From Setoptus koraiensis (lineage: Eukaryota > Animalia > Arthropoda): 64,000 nt of DNA. Where the stretch lies: assembly GCA_048013815.1 (NCBI GenBank), contig CM106586.1, positions 13,454,001 to 13,518,000 on the forward strand, written 5' to 3'. Below the pieces are notes generated by a model, which was given only the letters and a program-made list of their open reading frames with translations, was not told where the DNA came from and searched no databases. Each line of letters begins with the position of its first letter. Within the stretch, counting starts at the first letter, position 1. The position numbers and the translations under genes are program-made. Positions 13,585 to 23,294 of this stretch are shown in pieces.

Positions 13585-14882
13585 TCAATTTAGATCTGTC
13601 AATTTAACAATAGTATCCTTGTGTTTTGATACAAATTCATGTTCCTGTTGCGAGAGTATTAGTAATAAAATAAAATTGTAATTGAATTATGTGAATCAGT
13701 AGAAGGGAAATCGTTTGAGGAAGCATGTATGACCGAGGGCTAATACTTACAATCAACTGTTTATATTTAGGTCTTCTCCTGTAATCTTTTGTGAGACATG
13801 TCTCAACAAAATTCCTACATTCTTCACTGAATTTCATATTCTTAGGAAGACGTGGTGGTTCTTCTTGCAACACTTGAGCCATGAGTTCCCATGGCGAGTT
13901 GCAATTAGCGTACGGAGATATACATGTAGCCAATTCAACAAGGGTTATACCAAGACTCCAGACGTCTGCTCTTACATCATATGTCGATGTAGCTGGATCT
14001 AGCCTTTCGGGCTGATGATAGAATAAAAGGTCGAATGAACAGTATGAGTATGATTTGATCAAAATGAAAGGAAGAAAAATAATCTGTGGGGACACTAACC
14101 GCCATGTATACATTACAACCGGCAGCTCTGGTTGTGGCTATTGAGTCTTCGAGTCTATCGCTGATGCCGAAGTCGCACAATTTTATCACACCCTCGTCAT
14201 TTATCAATATGTTAGATGGTTTGACATCACGATGAATAATTTGATGCTCTTCTTTCAAATAATTCAGAGCTTTGACGACGGAATGAGCGGTGGCACCTAG
14301 AAAGTCTTCTGGTAGCGGTTCTTTTCGTTTTCTAAGTAGCTTATCGAAGCAGGTAGTCATTGGTTCCATACAGATCCAAACTTCTGTGTCCCGAATAAAG
14401 TAACCAAGACATTTGACAATATTATCATTATGACATTTGCATAAAATTTCTAAGTCCATATAGATGCGTCTGTTTTCATCGTCATTGCAGCTCCTTCTCA
14501 TTTGCTTGACTGCACACAATTTGCCAGTTGGAATATGTCGCATTTTGTCCACTTGACCGCTGGTCCCGACGCCTAGATTATCCAACCATTTAAAGATATC
14601 TTGCGGCGCTTTGTCGGTAACAAGTTCTTTGCCGTCATCTGTGATGAAGACATTCTTTTTGAAGTCATTAGTTAGTGTAGTGCTTGTATTGCGAGTCTGT
14701 CTGCGATGTTGATGACTAATTGTTAATGGTAGTGTCACATTAATTACAGGTGGCTTGCAGGCCAATGAGTTTGATGGGGGCGATGTGGTTGATGAGGCCG
14801 ATGTGGTTGATGCGGTTGACGAGGCCGACGTGATCGACGAGGCCGTTGTCGATGATGAAAACTTACGTATTAGAGTCAACAT
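13585..14882 (-). CDS. MKK7 paralogue B, N-terminally truncated, ~367 aa
   Basis: Exons 14882-14100, 14011-13751, 13644-13585 (same intron positions as copy A). Start taken at the first ATG after a TATA/Inr (MLTLIRK). HRDVKPSN and DFG are intact; activation loop is DSIATTR. Confidence 0.85.
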
Positions 14883-14905
14883 CGTGAACTCGGTGGATAG
14901 ACGGT

Positions 14906-14942
14906 ACTGACGATAATTAGAATGAGATGGGCTCTTTATATA
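14906..14942 (-). promoter_or_regulatory. TATA box + Inr of MKK7-B
   Basis: Minus-strand TATATAAAG at 14942-14934 and TCAGT at 14910-14906, about 32 nt from TATAAA to the Inr A; the first ATG follows at 14882. Confidence 0.6.
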
Positions 14943-15521
14943 GCCATCGACAGGAATGTGAATGAGACTAGCTCGCTGTTTTCGTGTTGGCACGCCGATG
15001 TTTTCTGACTCACAAATTCTGACCCTAACCAAAACACGCTACAAAGTTTAGCGGCTACACGCACTTAAACGTGCGAAAGGAGGCGCGCAAAATAAAGGGT
15101 GTCCGCCAATAGAATATCTTTCGACAGCGCACTGTGCGAACGCTCTGTCGCCTTGTATTCGGTTGTCCTCGGTAAGATTTGCACAGAGAGTCCAAATCCG
15201 CCGCATGAAAAATACGCTGTGCAAGCTAGCGTAGCCTTTTCACCTAATATTCATAAATACAAGTTATTGCAACATTCATATGGTAAGGAGGCAAGGTAAA
15301 CGATAATGTTTGTTGGAATGTTCTTCCATGTTCGTCTAGTGGCGCTGGTTGGCGCTCGGTGAAAATGACAATGAACTCTGAGCTGGTTGTAACTCGCCTT
15401 TTGATTGTCGGCCTAGCATTGATACACACATTGTAACTGATTATGTCTGAAACATCCCCACCATCTCATTTTGAGTCTCACAAGAACAACACGCAACACT
15501 CACAAGGTCTGGCACACTGTC

Positions 15522-15672
15522 ATGTCACCGGTACCACCTAGCGATCCCAAACAACCCGAAAAAATCTAAGAACAAAAATGCCTTGAGGTCATGAGATCCT
15601 TAATATATGCTGACCGACGAGTTTTAGATTTGAACGTACAAAGCTCGGCCACCACTGACAGCTGGTGAGTAA
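15522..15672 (+). pseudogene. 5' fragment copy of the 18301 orphan ORF with premature stop
   Basis: ATGTCACCGGTACCACCTAGCGATCCCAAACAA matches 18301 onward; AAA is changed to TAA at 15567-15569. Confidence 0.85.
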
Positions 15673-15674
15673 TC

Positions 15675-16185
15675 AGCCTTTTTTGACAAACTGGTTGTCG
15701 ATGAGGCGTCAGTTTGATCTAATTTTCGCTCCTCAGTGGTGGGGGACGCTGAATCTGGTGTAGTCATAGTGGTACTGGCATGGTGATGTAATTGATAAAT
15801 ATTAAAATAGGCTTGTACTTTCTTGATTCGGATGGCAACAATGCCATTCGATAGATTTATCTCATGGCATTTTGTCTAACAAGTTGCACGAATAATAACA
15901 CATAGATCAGCTGATCTATATGTGTCGTTGTGGATGAGCATGAATGCCGTTTTTCGTTTCGCACATGTGTCGCCCAAAAACTGACCGAATACAATCATTG
16001 TCAATTCACTTAGGAGAGATTTATTATTACCTGTGAGATTTATTTTTAATATGGACAGTAGACCAGGTTCGAAGAGAGACGATTCATCTGAGAAGAAGGA
16101 TAAAGACAGGCGAGAAAGAATGTCATCGTTAGACAAGGATGGTGAACCAACACCGAACGACAATCCTCTTAGGACTGTCTAGCGC
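15675..16185. pseudogene. Inverted copy of ATG12 5' end + shared promoter + PPWD1 5' end
   Basis: Reverse complement of about 20606-21121 at high identity; ORF 15876-16163(-) is nearly identical to 20602-20919(+). The PPWD1-derived frame stops at TAG near 16180. Confidence 0.9.
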
Positions 16186-16481
16186 AATACAAGTTGGCAA
16201 TGTAGAGCAAGATAGAGGCTTCCAGGACATCTGTTATGTAACACTTCTACGTAACATGTGTGGGCCACGAAGAGTTCCTTTGGGCTCCTCGGCTCACGAC
16301 AATACAAGAACTAAAGTTGGTTTTGTTGGTGACCTTCGATGATTCGATATGATTTTTTATTCTACTACGAAAAAAAAAATCCCAGGTGAGAATTGCTTCA
16401 ACTAATTTGATCATGCGAAACAAATGTTAGACTAGAAACAGGGACGATAATGTAAACATGACGGAATAGTGTATAACGTGA
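16186..16481 (+). pseudogene. Internally deleted copy of the GPCR 3' end
   Basis: Matches 10599-10653, 10738-10837 and 11181-11329 joined by deletions; the last exon contains premature stops. Confidence 0.9.
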
Positions 16482-16497
16482 TGGAAGGAATACTAGA

Positions 16498-17602
16498 TCA
16501 GCTCAGATCTGTCAATTTAACAATAGTATCCTTGTGTTTTAATACAAATTCATGCTCCTGTTGCAAGAGTATTGGAGATAGAAAAAAAGATAATAAATGA
16601 AGAATGTGAGTTAGTAGAGTGACAATCGTTTGAAGAAGGATTTGTGACCGAGGGCTAATACTTACAATCAACTGTTTATATTTAGGTCTTCTCCTGTAAT
16701 CTTTTGTGAGACATGTCTCAACAAAATTTCTACATTCTTTACTGAATTTCGTGTCCTCGGGAAGCTGTGGTGGTTCTCCTTCCGTCACTACAAGTACGAC
16801 TTCCCACAGATTTTCACAACAGGCGTACGGAGGCTGACATGTTGCCATTTCAACAAGTGTCACCCCAAGACTCCAGACGTCTGCTCTCTCATCATGTGTC
16901 GAACAAGTTGAATCCATCAGTTCAGGCTGATGATAGGATAAAAGGTCGGATGAACAGTATGAGTATGATTGAATCGAAAGGAAAAAAATAAGAAAAATAC
17001 TTTGTGGAGACACTTACCGCCATGTATGCATTACGAGTTGAAGTTCTAGATGGGGATGTTGAGTCTTGGCGTTTACCGCTGATGCCACAGTCGGCTAACT
17101 TTATAACACCAAATTCGTTTATCAGAATGTTGGATGTTTTTACATCACGATGAATAATTTGTTGCTCTTCTTTCAAATAATTCAGAGCTTTGACGACGGA
17201 ATGAGCGGTGGCACCTAGAAAGTCTTCTGGTAGGGGCTTGTTTCGCTCTTTAAGGAGCTTCCGGAAGCAGGTGATCATCGGCTCGAGACAAATCCAAACA
17301 TGAGTATCACAAATGAAGTAGCCAAAACATTTAACAATGTTTTCATTGTGACACTTGCGTAAAATTTGTAAATCCGTGAAGAGCCAACTGTTTTCATCAT
17401 CATGGCGGCTTCTCCATATTTTTTTGACGGCACACAATTTACCAGTGGGAATATGCCGCATTTTGTCCACTTGACCCCTGGACCCGTCGCCTAGATTGTC
17501 CAACCATTTGAAGATATCTTGTGGCTCCTTGTCGGTAACAAGTTCTTCGCCGTCGTCGGTGATGAAGACATTCTTTTTGAGGCCATTAGTTAGTTTATCC
17601 AT
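16498..17602 (-). CDS. MKK7 paralogue C, kinase-domain-only, divergent, ~301 aa
   Basis: Exons 17602-17018, 16926-16666, 16557-16498; open frame with conserved splice sites. Motifs AVKK, HRDVKTSN, ADCG (DFG to DCG), DSTSPSR, YMAPE. Confidence 0.8.
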
Positions 17603-17762
17603 AACAATTTGTTGCGAGTTTGTCTGTGATGTTGATGATTACGTGTTAGTGGTTGTGTCACAATAATTACAGGTGGCTTGCTGGCCGATGTGTATGGTGA
17701 GGCAGATGATGATGAAAAGTTGCGTACAAGGGTTAATATATTAAACAATGATGAGACTTGCT

Positions 17763-17771
17763 CTTTATATA
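17763..17771 (-). promoter_or_regulatory. TATA box of MKK7-C (duplicate of the copy B promoter)
   Basis: GGCTATATAAAGAGC on the minus strand within a block homologous to 14925-15090. Confidence 0.55.
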
Positions 17772-18300
17772 GCCATCGACCGAGATGCAAATGAGACTAG
17801 CTTGCTGTTTTCGTGTTGGCACGCCGATGTTTTCTGACTCACAAATTGTGACCCTAACCAAAACACGCTAAGTTTATCGGCTACACGCACTCAAACGTGC
17901 GAAAGGAGGCGCGCAAGTTGCACAGAGAGTTCAAATCCGCCGCATGAAAAATACGCTGTGCAAGCTAGCGTAGCCTCTTCACCCGATATTCATGAATATG
18001 CGTTACTGCCATGTTCATGAATGTACGTTATTGCAACATTCATATGGTAACGAGGCAAGGTAAATGATAATGTTTGTCGGAGTGTTCTTCCGCGTTCGTC
18101 TGGTGGCGCAGGTTGGCGCTCGGTGAAAATGATAATGAACTTTGAGCTGATTGTAACTCGCCATTTGATTTCTGGTCCAGCACTGATAACTCTAATCATG
18201 TCTGAAATACCCAACAGAATCAGTTTTAATATTTACCGTAAGTAAGACCATCTCATTTTGAGTTTCACAAAAACAACACGCAACATTCTGGCACACTGTC

Positions 18301-18822
18301 ATGTCACCGGTACCACCTAGCGATCCCAAACAACACGAAAAAACCAAAGAACAAAAATGCCTTGAGATCATGAGGGCCTTACTATTTGCCGGCCGGCGAG
18401 TATTAGATTTGGACGTACACAGCCTGGCCACCAGTGAGTTACCTCTCATGACAGAGAGCGACTTATCCAATATTGAAGCTGCCAGAACTGACACCAGTCA
18501 CTCGGCCAGCTCACACAGTGCCGGAGAAAGCTCACCCACTGTCAACAAACCTAGTCCGACTGAACAAACTACCTCAGGCGAACAACCTACCTCTAACCCA
18601 GAGCCGTCCGGTTCTACAGCATCTAGCTCAACATATCAGGCCGGCACGCCCATAGACAAGCCGAACCGCTCCTTTACACCCTCGAATGAGCCGCTCGATT
18701 TATCCAGTGGCGAGTCTTCATATAAGAAACCTAGACTTTCAGATATTTTAAGCGATGATAGCAGCAGCACTAGCGGCCAGGATCTCGGCCAGCAAAAGGA
18801 CAACTCTCACGATGATGGATGA
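18301..18822 (+). CDS. Orphan Ser/Thr-rich 173-aa protein with PLDLS motif
   Basis: ATG-initiated 173-aa ORF with EPLDLS and YKKPRL. A 5' duplicate at 15522 has been disabled while this copy stays open. Confidence 0.55.
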   Translation: MSPVPPSDPKQHEKTKEQKCLEIMRALLFAGRRVLDLDVHSLATSELPLMTESDLSNIEAARTDTSHSASSHSAGESSPTVNKPSPTEQTTSGEQPTSNPEPSGSTASSSTYQAGTPIDKPNRSFTPSNEPLDLSSGESSYKKPRLSDILSDDSSSTSGQDLGQQKDNSHDDG

Positions 18823-18827
18823 GAACT

Positions 18828-20672
18828 CTAAAACACGTTGATGTTTATTATTTTAATATCGTTGAAGGGCTTGTGAGTCTTGTCAACTTTGGTGTTGCTA
18901 ATGGTCTGAACAACATCCATACCTCTCACAACACGACCAAATATAGTATGCTTATTATCCAACCACGGGCATGGTACAACTGTTATGAAAAACTGTGAAC
19001 CGTTTGTGTTGGGACCGGCATTTGCCATACTCAGCATATACGGCTTGTCATGTTTTAAATCTAGGCTAAATTCATCACCAAATTCCATGCCCCATATCGA
19101 TTCTCCACCGGTGCCTGTTCCTGTTGGATCGCCCGTCTGAATCATGAACTGTTTTATAACCCTATGAAATATATGATTGTTGTAGTAATTGTTTTTGGAG
19201 TGTGTACAAAAATTCTCTACTGCTTTTGGGGCCTCCTTCACGAACAACTTGAGATGTATATCGCCCATGGTAGTATGCATAGTGGCGTTTTCAAACATTA
19301 TTTGCTGCTTGGCTGATGTCTCAACTGAGGCTAATATATCCTCGCGAGATGGCTTCTCATTGAATATATCTCTATCCACAAAACTTTGATTGTCGTCCAA
19401 ATCTTCTGGGTGGCGCCTTGAGAAACAATAAAATCTGTTCTTTTTGTAGGCGCTACAAAATAAGGTGGGATCACAAACAACGTTTTGACCCATGGTGACC
19501 ACATTCCCTCTGAATCTATCATTGGTGATTGGTCCTTGACAGAGAGCAATATTCAATGGGCGAATACTCTCTGCTTTTCCTATTATACTCACTAATTCAT
19601 CTTCTTGCCAATTAAATATTTTGATCCCATATATGGATGTATATATTATGAAATGGCCACTCTGGTCGAACAGAATACTCTCCGTAGACCTCAGCGACAC
19701 TTTGTCTATGTCTCTCTCTACGGCCATTCGACGGCCGAAATCTACATTGGACAGTTGTGGGCATTCTTTGTGAGAATCCTCTAAAGTTTTCAAGCTTTCG
19801 TCCAACACCCTGACTAGTTTTCCTGTCAAAAATTGAAAAATCATCACTTTCCTATCGGACGAGCATGTAGCAAAGAGTTTTCCATCTGGTGAGAATGCAA
19901 TATCGTAAACTATGGTTTTTGTTTTGTAGAAATTGTATAGATCTGTATCTAACTTAGAATCGAAAGAAACGATTCCTTCTTCAACAAACGAAAAATCGTT
20001 CCTTGAATTGAACCAGTATTCAATGAAGCCCGTCTTGTCTATGGAAAGGACTATCTTGTATATATTATTGAATCGGATTTTCACAACCGGTGAAGAATGT
20101 ACTTTGTCAAGTGTTCTTGCTGGATCTGGTGACAGTGTCTTTGCATCATAAATAAATATTTTGTTTGATTCTGCATCCGCCAGAGCTATGTAATCGATAG
20201 GATCATCGGCGGAGCTTATCCACTCTAGATGTTGCGGAGCAAAAGGCAAATTCACCATATTAATCATATCAAAGTTAACGACATCAAATACCTTGAAAGT
20301 TTTGTCCGTGGCTGAGCACGACGCAAAAAGAATTCCGTCTGAATTTGCCCTCATATCTGTGATAGGTCCGACATGAACTTTGAAATGCTTTATGAACTCT
20401 ATACCGACATCAATTTTCTTCCAGAATTTAATAACTCCATCGTTGGAACCTGTGATGAGAAAGCCCGTTTTTGTTGCTACAACGTAGGTTACTACATCAC
20501 GATGCATATAACTTCGTTCGTAGGCTTCGCAAGAAGGTAATTCTTTTATATATTCTTCGTAGTTTACCAGTCTTTGTCGTTTCAAAGGCCTGGAAGTCTC
20601 TTTGGGGCGCGAGACAGTCCCAAGAGGATTGTCGTTCGGTGTTGGTTCACTATCCCTGTCCAACGATGACAT
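18828..20672 (-). CDS. PPWD1: Peptidylprolyl isomerase domain and WD repeat-containing protein 1, intronless
   Basis: [20 protein letters not shown]40 repeats, C-terminal cyclophilin domain [19 protein letters not shown]...[15 protein letters not shown]...[12 protein letters not shown]. First ATG in frame is 20672. Confidence 0.95.
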   Translation of the reverse strand: MSSLDRDSEPTPNDNPLGTVSRPKETSRPLKRQRLVNYEEYIKELPSCEAYERSYMHRDVVTYVVATKTGFLITGSNDGVIKFWKKIDVGIEFIKHFKVHVGPITDMRANSDGILFASCSATDKTFKVFDVVNFDMINMVNLPFAPQHLEWISSADDPIDYIALADAESNKIFIYDAKTLSPDPARTLDKVHSSPVVKIRFNNIYKIVLSIDKTGFIEYWFNSRNDFSFVEEGIVSFDSKLDTDLYNFYKTKTIVYDIAFSPDGKLFATCSSDRKVMIFQFLTGKLVRVLDESLKTLEDSHKECPQLSNVDFGRRMAVERDIDKVSLRSTESILFDQSGHFIIYTSIYGIKIFNWQEDELVSIIGKAESIRPLNIALCQGPITNDRFRGNVVTMGQNVVCDPTLFCSAYKKNRFYCFSRRHPEDLDDNQSFVDRDIFNEKPSREDILASVETSAKQQIMFENATMHTTMGDIHLKLFVKEAPKAVENFCTHSKNNYYNNHIFHRVIKQFMIQTGDPTGTGTGGESIWGMEFGDEFSLDLKHDKPYMLSMANAGPNTNGSQFFITVVPCPWLDNKHTIFGRVVRGMDVVQTISNTKVDKTHKPFNDIKIININVF

Positions 20673-20875
20673 TCTTTCTCGTCTGTCTTTTACTTGCTTC
20701 TTAGATGGTGAATCGTCTCTAGTCGAACCCGATCTACTGTCCGTATTAAAAATAAACCACACAGGTAATAATAAATCTCTCCTAAATGAATTGACAATGA
20801 TTGTATTCGGTCAGTTTTTGGGCGACACATGTGCGAAACGAAAAACGGCATTCATGCTCATCCACAACGACACAT

Positions 20876-20893
20876 ATAGATCAGCTGATCTAT
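20876..20893. promoter_or_regulatory. Perfect 18-bp palindrome in the PPWD1/ATG12 head-to-head promoter
   Basis: ATAGATCAGCTGATCTAT (core CAGCTG E-box), retained exactly in the duplicate at 15902-15919. Confidence 0.5.
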
Positions 20894-21027
20894 GTGTTAT
20901 TATTCGTGCAACTTGTTAGACAAAATGCCATGAGATAAATCTATCGAATGGCATTGTTGCCATCCGAATCAAGAAAGTACAAGCCTATTTTAATAATTAT
21001 CAATTATATCACCATGCCAGTACCACT

Positions 21028-21402
21028 ATGACTACACCAGATTCAGCGTCCCCCACCACTGAGGAGCGAAAATTAGATCAAACTGACGCCTCATCGACCA
21101 CCAGTTTGTCAAAATTGGCTAAACCGCAAGCATCAAACAAAATTCGAGTCTTACTTAAACCAACAGGGGATGCACCTAAATTAAATAAGGAAGTTTGGGT
21201 ACTAGATCTTTCACACAAAGTATCATACATACATAAATTTTTACGCAAATACATCAAGCTCAACGACGGTGTATCTTTGTTTTTATACATAAATCAGACT
21301 TTCGCACCCGCTCTAGATCAAACAGTCAAAAATCTCTATGACTGCTTCGAATCAGATGGTAAACTAGTCATATACTACGCTACCTCTCAGGCTTGGGGAT
21401 GA
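21028..21402 (+). CDS. ATG12: Ubiquitin-like protein ATG12, intronless
   Basis: KIRVLLKPTGDAPKL...SLFLYINQTFAPALDQTVKNLYDCFESDGKLVIYYATSQAWG, with the C-terminal Gly. Confidence 0.95.
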   Translation: MTTPDSASPTTEERKLDQTDASSTTSLSKLAKPQASNKIRVLLKPTGDAPKLNKEVWVLDLSHKVSYIHKFLRKYIKLNDGVSLFLYINQTFAPALDQTVKNLYDCFESDGKLVIYYATSQAWG

Positions 21403-21433
21403 CAAATTTGAGAGCATACATCTACAAACAATT

Positions 21434-21796
21434 GTGACGATTGCTAAACCGACCAACAAATTATCGAGATTGACTGATGAAGATGGCGATGCCCAAGATG
21501 TTAGCCTAAAAAAGAAAATCGAACGCGATCTAATCAAGGGATTTTCTAATTCTGAAGCAATCGCCAAGGAGCCTGTCAAGTCTACATCAAAGACCAAACC
21601 ATTCTATATTATATACCCACCTCAAAACCCAAGGAAGGGTGATGATCCTCTACCTCCTCCACCATCACTTGAAAGTTACAAAGATACACCTGTTGAAGAG
21701 TTCGGTCAGGATATCCTGATAGGACTAGTATACTCTGATGAACAACAAAAAGATTTGTCTGGAGAGCCTAAGCATGCTAAGACCATGAAACAATAA
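21434..21796 (+). pseudogene. GPKOW/Spp2-like N-terminal and degenerate G-patch fragment
   Basis: PSLESYKDTPVEEFGQDILIGLVY resembles the Spp2/GPKOW ..Y..VPVEEFG.A.LRGMGW motif. There is no in-frame ATG back to the TAG at 21365, and the frame stops before any KOW domain. Confidence 0.5.
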
Positions 21797-23294
21797 AAAA
21801 GCATGTAATAAGATGATGACATATGCATATAAAAACACTACGTCGGGATGTCAATTGACGACACCTAAGAGACACAATTAGCGAAAGAAAGATTTTTGAC
21901 CTGAACCCAAGAAAAAAACTGAATACGTTCGTAGCGTCATTTAAAGAGGTCATCTCGAGCTTGCAAATACTACATGTTGTCTGCTTTCAGACTATTTGTT
22001 TGTTAATTAAGTGCTGTTATTAAGTTTTCAGAATCGGGCTGTTTCGGCTAGTTTCTAATTGCGACTGAGAATTGCTTGATTGGCCAATCAACTTGGACTC
22101 CAACTTTTGGAATTCTCTCTTCGTTACGTCATATGAATCGGCCCAAGCAAACAAATAGATTTTCTCGCTGACCAAGTCAAAAGAAGTTGATCACATCTCA
22201 TTTCAATCAATCGTTCTGAATCATGAAGATTGATATATACACCCCCAAGTTCGTTGATCGAACTGGTTGGAATATTGAATCTAGTTGATCACATGATGCC
22301 TGATTGTAGGCACACAGAAGTAAATCGCTGTCGAACGAGTCAAAACTAATGAGTTATCTAAATAACGGCATAACAGTAATCAGTTGTAGTTTGAGATCTA
22401 AATTTTGTTTTTTGCCATCGAATCAAAGAATTTTTCTCAAAAACAAAAAATCTCAGTAATAGCAATTAAGTGTGTTTTGGTGCACACATATCGAGTTCTC
22501 GTACAAATATTCATATCAACTGAGATTACAACTACGATAGCACAATTGACCGCAAGGAATTCAACACAACTAAATAAACTAAAGTTTAGTTCTGTTTGGT
22601 TTAAAGTAACAAGTTTCATAGTTGATAGTGGACAAAGTGAGTTCGAACAAGCAGCTCGTCAGTCGCACTCAATTATCTTATATAACCAGTGGCAAGTGTG
22701 TCTGCTTGGCTGTGAGAAGCAGTAGCTCGGTCCCCTCCAAGATTCAGGATTGTTATAGTCTTGTGAGTGTTGTAGTTACTTCTCTTGTGGGGTAATTAGC
22801 ATTGAAATGCATACTATAGCAAGCACGAGCAGGTAAATTTATGGAACCGTGTACTAATGATTCAGATCAACTACAAGCAGCAACAATAAAGCTTGAGCTA
22901 TTTTTTCAATTTGGCCTTCGCCCGGCTCGTACAGTCAAGCTCCTACACTTGTAGTTTGCTAGATGACCTAACAGGAGGAGACAAAAGTGTTTGTGCGCGG
23001 AGAGAGAGAAAAAGAATAACTAGATTTGAATAATCTGATATGCCTCCTGCATTCACCCTGGCAATTGGTTAGGTCAATCAACGATCTGCAAAACCATCAC
23101 ACTTGAGAATTGTTGTCGAGTAAAATCTACCAGACTGTCAAGTTGGCCATTTTAAATGTCCCAGTGTCACAAGACAGTTGAATAGAGAATATTCAGCAGC
23201 ATGAATATGACGAAAGTTAAGCGACGAAGAGAAAGATCCAGCAATAATAGCAGAAAAGTCAAATCAGCAAATTGAAGAGAAAACATTGATCAAG

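Noticed and set aside
14883-15032. ORF-track N-terminal extension of MKK7-B (MVRVRIC...)
   Set aside because: It has a non-ATG start and runs through the TATA box; the ATG at 14882 is better supported.
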